From: Idiomarina loihiensis L2TR
Lineage (GTDB): Bacteria; Pseudomonadota; Gammaproteobacteria; Enterobacterales; Alteromonadaceae
Direction of reading: 5' to 3'
DNA length: 32,000 bases
Assembly: GCF_000008465.1 (NCBI RefSeq)
Contig: NC_006512.1
Span: forward strand, 2,130,001-2,162,000
Part shown: one piece after another, positions 25,300-32,000 of the stretch
Numbering within the stretch: position 1 is the first letter of the stretch
Layout: each line of letters begins with the position of its first letter
Program-made: the position numbers and the translations under genes
The notes under the pieces: model-generated
Seen by the model: the letters and a program-made list of their open reading frames with translations, nothing else
What the model was told of the DNA's origin: nothing
Databases searched by the model: none

Positions 25300-26619
25300 T
25301 CATTGCCGTTTAGCGGTAATATTACCGTCAGCCAGACGAACTTCTATTGATTCACCCACAGTCACTTGCTTCTCGCTACGAACCACATCACCCTTTTCTG
25401 TACGGACAATAGCGTAGCCCCTTTCCAGAGTATTCAAAGGACTGACAAGGTTCAGAGCCTGCATCAACTGTTGCTGCTGAGTTCGCTTGTCTTTTAAAAC
25501 TCGTTGCATAACCTGCGGTAATCGTTGCTGCTGCGTCTGAAGTTTTTGCTGCAAACGCTGTAACTCTTTTTGCGGATGCATTGCCTGCAGGCGCCCATGT
25601 AAATATGACACTTGCTGCTTCTGCCGCGCCAGCCGGTTCTGCAAAGCCCGGTTAGCTCGGGCTTGCAGTTCATCGGCTAATTGCGACTGTTGTTGCAATT
25701 GTCGTTGCGGGTGCTGCTGTTGCAGCCGGGTTTGTAAAAATTGCCAACGTTGCTGTAAACGCTGCAGCAATCTTTGCTGCGCCAGCCCTAAGCGCTGTTG
25801 CAGTGCCTGCGCTTTTTGCTGTTGTTGTTGTTGATCTCTGGTAACTAACTCAGCGGCTGCGGAAGGTGTAGGAGCGCGGACATCGGCAACAAAGTCGGCA
25901 ATAGTGAAATCAATCTCATGACCTACAGCGCTAATGGTTGGCATGGGCGCGGTTGCCAAAAGACGCGCAAAAGTCTCATCGTTAAAACACCACAAGTCTT
26001 CCAGAGAGCCACCGCCACGGCTGACTAACAGTACATCCACTTCATTACGTTCAAATGCCGTTTTTAGCATAGCCTGCAACTGCGGAACCGCTGCCTCTCC
26101 CTGTACCGCGCTCGGATAAATAATCACTTCGACGCCGGGGTCGCGGCGTTTCATCACCGCCAGAATGTCTTTGATAGCAGCGCCGGTGGGTGAGGTCAGC
26201 ACGCCGACTTTGCGAATATGGTCGGGTAGTAAGCGCTTGCGTTCTGCCGCAAATAACCCTTCGGCTGACAATTTCTCTTTTAGCTGTTCATAACGCTGCT
26301 GTAAAAGCCCCTGACCAGCGTCTTCAACCTGCTCAATAATCAGTTGGTAGTCGCCCCGCGGTTCATAAACCGTGACTTTGGCTCTTACCAGTACCTGCAT
26401 ACCATTTTGCGGCCGAACCTTTGCACGCTGATTCGCATTGCGGAACATAGCGCAGCGAACCTGAGCCCGCTCGTCTTTTAAAGTGAAATACCAGTGTCCT
26501 GAACCCGGCGCTGCAAAATTTGAGATTTCTCCAACCAGGCTTATTTGACCAAAGCCTTGCTCTAACAGTTGTCGAATCTCAGTATTTAACTGTCTGACCG
26601 AATACACCATGGGCATCAC
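25300..26619 (-). CDS. xseA: Exodeoxyribonuclease VII large subunit
   Basis: N-terminal OB fold region VSRLN-like SVRQLNTEIRQLLEQGFGQISLVGEISNFAAPGSGHWYFTLKD. Catalytic core VLLVSRGGGSLEDLW and ISAVGHEIDFTIADFVAD. Long Q-rich helical C-terminal half. The start is ambiguous among GTG 26619, ATG 26616 and ATG 26610. Confidence 0.9.
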   Translation of the reverse strand: MMPMVYSVRQLNTEIRQLLEQGFGQISLVGEISNFAAPGSGHWYFTLKDERAQVRCAMFRNANQRAKVRPQNGMQVLVRAKVTVYEPRGDYQLIIEQVEDAGQGLLQQRYEQLKEKLSAEGLFAAERKRLLPDHIRKVGVLTSPTGAAIKDILAVMKRRDPGVEVIIYPSAVQGEAAVPQLQAMLKTAFERNEVDVLLVSRGGGSLEDLWCFNDETFARLLATAPMPTISAVGHEIDFTIADFVADVRAPTPSAAAELVTRDQQQQQQKAQALQQRLGLAQQRLLQRLQQRWQFLQTRLQQQHPQRQLQQQSQLADELQARANRALQNRLARQKQQVSYLHGRLQAMHPQKELQRLQQKLQTQQQRLPQVMQRVLKDKRTQQQQLMQALNLVSPLNTLERGYAIVRTEKGDVVRSEKQVTVGESIEVRLADGNITAKRQ

Positions 26620-26686
26620 TCTTATTTTGAAATGAAAGATAAATCATACCATATTCCGCTCGCACTCAAATACGCCCAGCCAATTT

Positions 26687-26730
26687 GGACGTCTAAATGT
26701 CTTGACGTCCTGATATCTATTTATTACAGT
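26687..26730 (+). promoter_or_regulatory. Tandem MetJ boxes overlapping a sigma70-like promoter of metX-metY
   Basis: Contiguous 8-mers GGACGTCT / AAATGTCT / TGACGTCC / TGATATCT (26687-26718) match the met-box consensus AGACGTCT at 7, 6, 6 and 5 of 8 positions. TTGACG (26702-26707) and TACAGT (26725-26730) are spaced 17 nt apart, so the operator covers the -35. Confidence 0.7.
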
Positions 26731-26761
26731 CAAAACCTCACTCAGAATATTGAGGTTAACT

Positions 26762-27670
26762 ATGGTTCAGCCAGTTGCCCGCAGTTTTTATGCAAACACT
26801 CCGTTCGCACGTCTTAAAGGTTATCGCTATGGCGATCCTGATAAACCGGTCGTTGTTGTTCAGGGCGGGATCAGTGCCAGTGGCCAAATCTGGAAAGCTG
26901 ATGAAAGTGGCTGGTGGCAGTCGCTGCATCCGCTCTTTTCAGAGCTGACTGATGTGCAAGTCATCAGCTTCGATTACCCCGGCGGCATAGGAGGATCAGA
27001 GTGTCCGTCGGTGCCTTTAACGGTGCAGCAACACAGTGAAGCCATACGACACGCACTTAAACAGGAAACCGACAACTTACAGGCATGGATCGGGGGGTCT
27101 TTCGGTGGCGTTCTGGGACTTCAGTATGCCGCTGACCACCCAACTGAGTTGCCACGTTTAAGTGCTATTGGCGCCGCTCATAAGCCGTCAGTACATTCAG
27201 CGTTACTGCGCTACTTTCAGCAAGCGCTCATTCAACGATGCGATGATAAACAGTCAGGCATTATTCTGGCGCGGGCGCTGGCCATGCTGAGTTATCGCAC
27301 CGCGGAAGAATTCGAACAACGTTTTAATCATGCGGACGATGCCTTTGAATACTTACTGTATCAGGGCGAAAAACTCTTGAAGCAAAACGGCAATGGCTGC
27401 CGCAGCTTATTTACGCACCTTACGCCAATACTCAATGATTACAGTATTAATCCAACCCGCGTGCAGGCAAAAGTGCAGCTAGTCGACTTTAACAACGACG
27501 CTATTGCCCCGCCCAGCCTGGTGAATGAACTGGAAAGCTTACTTCCCAACCCATTTGGCCGGGTCACTATTGAAACGCCGTTCGGCCACGACGGGTTTAT
27601 CAAGAATGTTGAACAGTACCAATCGGCTTTAACGCATTTTTTAACTGAATCTGAACTGGAGTCCGTATGA
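26762..27670 (+). CDS. metX: Homoserine O-acyltransferase, MetX-type alpha/beta hydrolase (compact form; acetyl vs succinyl donor undetermined)
   Basis: Nucleophile elbow GGSFGG, Asp in FNNDAIAPP, His in PFGHDGF. ATGA overlap with metY. A MetJ operator lies upstream. I move the start from TTG 26750 to ATG 26762 because GAGG (26752-26755) is correctly spaced for it. Confidence 0.75.
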   Translation: MVQPVARSFYANTPFARLKGYRYGDPDKPVVVVQGGISASGQIWKADESGWWQSLHPLFSELTDVQVISFDYPGGIGGSECPSVPLTVQQHSEAIRHALKQETDNLQAWIGGSFGGVLGLQYAADHPTELPRLSAIGAAHKPSVHSALLRYFQQALIQRCDDKQSGIILARALAMLSYRTAEEFEQRFNHADDAFEYLLYQGEKLLKQNGNGCRSLFTHLTPILNDYSINPTRVQAKVQLVDFNNDAIAPPSLVNELESLLPNPFGRVTIETPFGHDGFIKNVEQYQSALTHFLTESELESV

Positions 27671-28935
27671 AAGACGAAACATTGGCCATCCACCACGGCT
27701 ATGAAACTGACCCAACGACTAAGTCAGTAGCTACTCCCATTTACCAAACCGTTTCCTACGAGTTTGATAACGCACAGCATGGCGCTGACCTGTTTGACCT
27801 GGCAGTTGAAGGGAATATTTATACCCGCATTATGAACCCGACCAACGATGTTCTGGAAAAACGTGTCGCAGAACTTGAACATGGTGTCGCCGCACTTGCC
27901 GTAGCCTCAGGCATGGCAGCCATTGAGTACGCATTAATTACGCTTGCCCGTCAGGGCGATAACATAGTGACGACACCACAACTCTACGGCGGAACCTACA
28001 CACTATTCCAGCATATGTTGCCTTCATTTGGCATTGAAGTCCGTTTTGCCGAATCGGATAAAGCGGAAGACATAGGCAAACTTATAGACGGTAAAACTAA
28101 AGCCGTATTCTGTGAAAGTATTGGCAACCCGGCGGGAAACATCGCCGATTTAGAAGGCTATGCTGAGGTCGCTCACCAGCATGGAGTTCCACTGGTCGTG
28201 GACAACACGGTTGCTACACCGATACTTTGCAAACCCATTGATTTTGGCGCTGACATTGTGGTGCATTCACTAACCAAATACATTGGGGGTCATGGCAATT
28301 CAGTTGGCGGATTAATAGTCGATAGCGGAGGGTTTGACTGGGTTAAACAAAAACAACGCTTTCCTCAGTTTAGCTCACCGGAGCCAGCTTATCACGGCGT
28401 AGTCTATACCGACGCTTTTGGTCCGGCGGCTTTCATAGCCCGCGTTCGTACTGTCGCTTTGCGTAATACCGGTGCTTGCTTGTCACCCTTTAACGCCTTC
28501 CTGTTACTGCAGGGTTTGGAGACTTTACCTTTGCGTATTGAGCGCCACTGCGAAAACGCGCTGAAAGTGGCTGAATACTTACAGTCGCACCCAAGCGTAG
28601 ACTGGGTAAACTTTGCAGCGCTGCCAGAGCACACTAACTACGAGCGAGCGAAAAAGTATATTAAAAATGGGGTTCCTGCGTCGCTGTTAACTTTTGGCGT
28701 TAAAGGCGGCTACGATGCTGGCGTTGAGTTTTACGATAAGCTGAAACTGTTTAAACGCCTGGTCAACATTGGTGACGCAAAGTCACTGGCCTGCCACCCG
28801 GCCTCCACAACTCACCGGCAGTTGTCTGCTGGCGAACAGGCCGCGGTTGGCGTAAAACCAGAAGCTATTCGTTTATGTGTTGGCATTGAAAATGCGGAAG
28901 ATATTATTGCCGATATCTCTCAGGCACTCGCTTGA
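27667..28935 (+). CDS. metY: O-acetyl(succinyl)homoserine sulfhydrylase / aminocarboxypropyltransferase (PLP-dependent)
   Basis: Cys/Met-metabolism PLP family: YTRIMNPT, DNTVATP, PLP-Lys motif VHSLTKYIGGHG, C-terminal SLACHPASTTHRQL and RLCVGIE. Confidence 0.9.
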   Translation: MKDETLAIHHGYETDPTTKSVATPIYQTVSYEFDNAQHGADLFDLAVEGNIYTRIMNPTNDVLEKRVAELEHGVAALAVASGMAAIEYALITLARQGDNIVTTPQLYGGTYTLFQHMLPSFGIEVRFAESDKAEDIGKLIDGKTKAVFCESIGNPAGNIADLEGYAEVAHQHGVPLVVDNTVATPILCKPIDFGADIVVHSLTKYIGGHGNSVGGLIVDSGGFDWVKQKQRFPQFSSPEPAYHGVVYTDAFGPAAFIARVRTVALRNTGACLSPFNAFLLLQGLETLPLRIERHCENALKVAEYLQSHPSVDWVNFAALPEHTNYERAKKYIKNGVPASLLTFGVKGGYDAGVEFYDKLKLFKRLVNIGDAKSLACHPASTTHRQLSAGEQAAVGVKPEAIRLCVGIENAEDIIADISQALA

Positions 28936-28945
28936 GCACCCACAA

Positions 28946-28972
28946 AAAAGGCCACTGTTGAAGTGGCCTTTT
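28946..28972. terminator. Bidirectional intrinsic terminator between convergent metY and mscS
   Basis: AAAAGGCCACT (28946-28956) pairs with AGTGGCCTTTT (28962-28972), an 11-bp stem with a 5-nt loop. A/T runs on both sides give U-tracts in either direction. Confidence 0.8.
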
Positions 28973-28989
28973 GTCAGAACAACAATACG

Positions 28990-29808
28990 TTAGTCGTCTT
29001 TTTTCAGGTGAACGTCCATTTGGGGAAAGGGAATACCAATGCCCTCCTCATCCAGACGGTCTTTAATTCGCTCTAGTAAATCCCAGCGGGTCGGCCAGTA
29101 GTCCTCATTTTTCGTCCACGGGCGAACATTAAAGTCGACCGACGAATCGCCAAGGTTGGTCACCGTAACAACAGGTTCAGGATCTTTTAATACCCGCTCA
29201 TCGCTGGTAATCACATCCATCAGTGCTTTCTTCGTCTGCTGTAGATTCGCACTGTAACTTACACCAATAACCAGGTCGATACGGCGCAATTCTTCTCGGT
29301 TATAGTTAACAATAGGGCCACCGATAATTTCAGAGTTAGGCACAAAAACCACCTTACGGTCAGGGGTTTTCATAATGGTCTGAAAGATATTAATTTGCTC
29401 AACGGTTCCTGAAACACCACCAGCATCAACATATTCACCCGCACGAATTGGACGGAACATAATAAGCAGAACGCCCGATGCGATATTAGACAGGGAGCCC
29501 TGCAACGCCAGACCAATTGCCAGACCTGCGGCACCTAGTATGGCAATGAAGGAAGTAGTTTCAACGCCCACATGCGACAGTGCCATCATGATAGCGGCAA
29601 TGAATATCACCGTTTTTAAAATTGCACCGACAAAGCTGATAACAGCACCGTCGACCTGACGCTTTTTCATGCCTTTGGTCATTACACCTGTCACGGTGTT
29701 AGCGACGATTTTACCGACAATTAGTATCGCAATAGCGATGACAAATTTAATCGAGAAACCTATCAGCATGTCCTGATTATCATTAATCCACTGGACGATG
29801 TTATCCAT
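28990..29808 (-). CDS. mscS: Small-conductance mechanosensitive channel (MscS family)
   Basis: Three N-terminal TM helices. The pore-helix region is GAAGLAIGLALQGSLSNIASGVLLIMFRP, followed by the beta-domain GTVEQINIFQTIMKTPD.. About 270 aa, as in E. coli MscS. SD AAGGAA upstream. Confidence 0.85.
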   Translation of the reverse strand: MDNIVQWINDNQDMLIGFSIKFVIAIAILIVGKIVANTVTGVMTKGMKKRQVDGAVISFVGAILKTVIFIAAIMMALSHVGVETTSFIAILGAAGLAIGLALQGSLSNIASGVLLIMFRPIRAGEYVDAGGVSGTVEQINIFQTIMKTPDRKVVFVPNSEIIGGPIVNYNREELRRIDLVIGVSYSANLQQTKKALMDVITSDERVLKDPEPVVTVTNLGDSSVDFNVRPWTKNEDYWPTRWDLLERIKDRLDEEGIGIPFPQMDVHLKKDD

Positions 29809-29891
29809 ACAAATTATTCCTTATTCCGCAGAGACTTTAATTAGTGACTTATTATTACAGTAATCATAAACGTTTATGCCCGCAAGTGGGA

Positions 29892-30638
29892 TCACAAGCG
29901 AAATGAGTAACGTCCGCGCGAATCCGGCGTTCCCATGTATTCCATCATTTTAGCCAGCCCTTCAGGTGTTTCCAGATTCGGCTTCACTGTGCCTTCAGCA
30001 TTGAAACTCTGGCTGTTAATGCTGCCCTGAAAGTCTAACCCTAAACTGTTATTACCATTCATGGCTAAGCCCACCGAGTTATCGTCGTTACAGCTAAGTT
30101 CTACCGGAAAATCTCCCAGCGACTGCCATTGATTATTAACCAACACCCGAATCTGCTCGCCCCGGGCCTGACCTTTCAACTCGTCGCACCAACGTACCGG
30201 GCCGGGCGCAGTAACGACAAAACTGTCTAAGGACAAACGCCAGTTACCTCCGGTTTTTAAAGGCAAGCGGGTGTTTGCCAACTGCAGCAGAGCATTAACA
30301 TCACCACTGGCTGTTATATTTTTGGCTCCAACTTTGGTGGACCCTGCCAGTAAGCGTCCATTCAGCGCAAACGGGTTACTTTTGGCAGGCAAGTTAACAT
30401 CCATGACCAACTCTCCCAGAAATACAGAAGACACCTGCCAGTTCCAGCTAAGATTATTCAGTACGATATCGTCAACTGCGACCTGCCCGGCAACGCCATT
30501 CCATAAGCTTCCGCTGACCTGAGAGAGCCTGATGTTATCCGGTAAAGGAAACCAGTAAATAACCCTTGCCGGTAACATCACCAGCATGGCAACCAGATAC
30601 ACGACCACTAACCAGGGTATCCAGCGTTTTAAGTTCAT
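29892..30638 (-). CDS. gspN: Type II secretion system protein N
   Basis: Single N-terminal TM (WIPWLVVVYLVAMLVMLPA). About 250 aa. ATGA overlap with gspM. It is the last gene of the gspL-M-N run. Confidence 0.8.
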   Translation of the reverse strand: MNLKRWIPWLVVVYLVAMLVMLPARVIYWFPLPDNIRLSQVSGSLWNGVAGQVAVDDIVLNNLSWNWQVSSVFLGELVMDVNLPAKSNPFALNGRLLAGSTKVGAKNITASGDVNALLQLANTRLPLKTGGNWRLSLDSFVVTAPGPVRWCDELKGQARGEQIRVLVNNQWQSLGDFPVELSCNDDNSVGLAMNGNNSLGLDFQGSINSQSFNAEGTVKPNLETPEGLAKMMEYMGTPDSRGRYSFRL

Positions 30639-31153
30639 GAAGCCTCACTTACTAATAGTTTACGTAAACGCACCTGTCCGGGCGTATTTAATTTCGCAAT
30701 ATCAACAGCTTTTAGTGATAACCCCTGGCGTTGCTCCAGTTCGGCTAAAAAGCTTAATAAATCAGAAAAAGCCACCTCATCAACACTTAACAGATACTCC
30801 TGCCCCTGAGGCTGCAAACGCGCGATTTGAATATCCTGCGCAGCTGCAGCACGGTTGATACGTTGACTGACAGAGCCTGATGCACTTTGTTGTTCAGAGC
30901 TGCTCTCTTCCAGTTTTTTATAGCGCGCTATTGCCTGCTGAACCCATTGGTATTGCTGCTGTTGAGCTGCAAGCTGACGCTCTGCATTGGCTACTGCCTG
31001 GGAGCTGGGCTGCCAAATGACAAAGTACAGAAAAGCAATAAACAGTACTCCTGCCAAAACAGCTAACAAGCTCTGCTCGCGCTGGTTAAACTGTTGCCAG
31101 CGTTGCTTGCCTAAGTCCAGATAAGGCATTAACTGACGAGTAATTCTGTTCAT
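30635..31153 (-). CDS. gspM: Type II secretion system protein M
   Basis: About 170 aa, bitopic (LLAVLAGVLFIAFLYFVIWQP). Position and overlaps with gspL and gspN are typical of GspM. Confidence 0.8.
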   Translation of the reverse strand: MNRITRQLMPYLDLGKQRWQQFNQREQSLLAVLAGVLFIAFLYFVIWQPSSQAVANAERQLAAQQQQYQWVQQAIARYKKLEESSSEQQSASGSVSQRINRAAAAQDIQIARLQPQGQEYLLSVDEVAFSDLLSFLAELEQRQGLSLKAVDIAKLNTPGQVRLRKLLVSEAS

Positions 31154-32000
31154 GACTGCGCTCCCTGACCATCAAGCTGCACGGTTAAAGAACCCGAAAC
31201 TTGTTCACCACGGTTACTCATTGAACCCGCTTCAACAGTTAGCCCTTCGGCTTTCGCCGCCTGTTGGAAAGCCTCAAATTGAGAAAAGCTACTGGCAGTT
31301 GCCTGTAAGCGCAACTCGTTGTTCTGAAAGCGCAGTAACTCAAGCTGCAGTTCAGGCTGCGACTTAAACGCCGGAGCCAGTTGCTGCAAAACCGCAAGCA
31401 CTGAAGCTTCATCCGCACTGCCTAGTCCAAGGCTTTCCAATTGTCGTTGCAACTGTACTTTTAAATTCACAATACGAGTCTGACCCGGAAAGGCATCACG
31501 ATAAAGTTGCTCAGCCTGAGCTTTTAAAGCGCCCCGCTGAGACTCCAGTTGCCAATAGCGTACGCCGTTTAACAACACGGCCAAAACAAAGAGTACACTC
31601 GCAGCAGTAGCCAGCCCCTTCCAGGGTAAATCAACTGAACGTTTTGCCCGTTGTGAGCGATAAGCCCCCTGCCTTAAGTTAATACGATTTCCTGTCGCGA
31701 TACTTTGCACCGCGATAGTAAAAGGCACTTCAATATCAGCAGGGATTAAAGGTGCTGGCGATTGCGGCCAGTTTAGCGCGCCATAGTGAATAATTTCTGT
31801 TGGACTGTTCTGTTCAGCAGCAAAAGCTGGTGCTAACTGAGCAAACTGCTCTTTTTCTATGGTAAAGCCCTGCCACTCACCAGTTCTGACAATAACACTG
31901 TCGGCAAGCTCAATGGCCTGCCAGGTATCGTTCTGATGCGGCAACAAGAAGCAGTCGGGTACCCAGAAAGCAGAATCAATGCCGGCTTCGGTTAATACCT
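31150..32000 (-). CDS. gspL: Type II secretion system protein L (5' end lies outside the window)
   Basis: The reading frame stays open upstream of the listed TTG to base 32000 (...VLTEAGIDSAFWVPDCFLLPHQ...). A TM segment (AASVLFVLAVLLNGV) is followed by a periplasmic domain. 4-nt overlap with gspM. Confidence 0.8.
   Translation of the reverse strand, partial: VLTEAGIDSAFWVPDCFLLPHQNDTWQAIELADSVIVRTGEWQGFTIEKEQFAQLAPAFAAEQNSPTEIIHYGALNWPQSPAPLIPADIEVPFTIAVQSIATGNRINLRQGAYRSQRAKRSVDLPWKGLATAASVLFVLAVLLNGVRYWQLESQRGALKAQAEQLYRDAFPGQTRIVNLKVQLQRQLESLGLGSADEASVLAVLQQLAPAFKSQPELQLELLRFQNNELRLQATASSFSQFEAFQQAAKAEGLTVEAGSMSNRGEQVSGSLTVQLDGQGAQS

Noticed and set aside
26632-26817. A 61-aa + strand ORF spanning the xseA/metX intergenic region.
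   Set aside because: It overlaps the MetJ operator, the promoter and the start of metX in another frame. It has no SD, and its composition is that of A/T-rich non-coding DNA.
29865-29878. Perfect 14-bp palindrome CATAAACGTTTATG between gspN and the mscS start.
   Set aside because: About two perfect 7+7 palindromes are expected by chance in 32 kb (32000/4^7). It is A/T-rich and too short-looped for a stable hairpin. I cannot link it to a known operator, so it is noted only as a possible site upstream of mscS.
1-32000. A search by eye for CRISPR arrays, tRNA/rRNA genes, IS elements or transposases, integrases, toxin-antitoxin pairs, and defence or phage modules.
   Set aside because: None was found. 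Intergenic regions are all under 250 bp and are accounted for by promoters, operators and terminators. Every ORF above about 170 aa belongs to a recognisable housekeeping, regulatory or envelope family. I therefore do not claim a novel system in this window.

Overview
This window looks like ordinary core chromosome from a gammaproteobacterium. MetJ boxes, Pho boxes, CrbS/CrbR, the NspC polyamine route and T2SS GspLMN suggest an Alteromonadales/Vibrionales-like marine organism, but that placement is inference. I call 24 densely packed protein-coding genes, and each belongs to a family recognisable from motifs in its translation. On the + strand: zapE (5' truncated), an NSS-family Na+ symporter, tmcA, a lipoprotein prolyl oligopeptidase, and carboxynorspermidine dehydrogenase plus nspC. 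On the - strand there is a nearly gapless array of acs, crbR, crbS, murB, birA, coaX and a Sel1-repeat gene. A porin gene (+) sits divergent to acs. Next come a - strand phosphate module (phoA, ppk, ppx) and xseA (-). The window ends with metX-metY (+), mscS (-) and gspN, gspM and gspL (-, gspL 5' truncated). By eye I see no rRNA, tRNA, CRISPR array, IS or transposase, integrase, phage or defence-like genes, and no obvious compositional break. I do not find convincing evidence for a new multi-gene system, and no long ORF lacks a recognisable family. The leads worth a second look are regulatory or architectural. (1) A 16-bp, strand-specific hairpin buries the SD of the polyamine operon. (2) A perfect 14-bp inverted repeat brackets the zapE stop codon. 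(3) The acetate-switch genes acs-crbR-crbS are joined by 4-nt overlaps to the essential murB-birA-coaX genes. (4) A perfect Pho box upstream of ppk overlaps the phoA terminator hairpin. (5) A tandem MetJ operator lies over the promoter of a compact metX-metY operon. (6) The junction between the NSS transporter gene and tmcA is a 1-nt gap with no SD. All coordinates were read by hand from the sequence. No database search or folding calculation was run.
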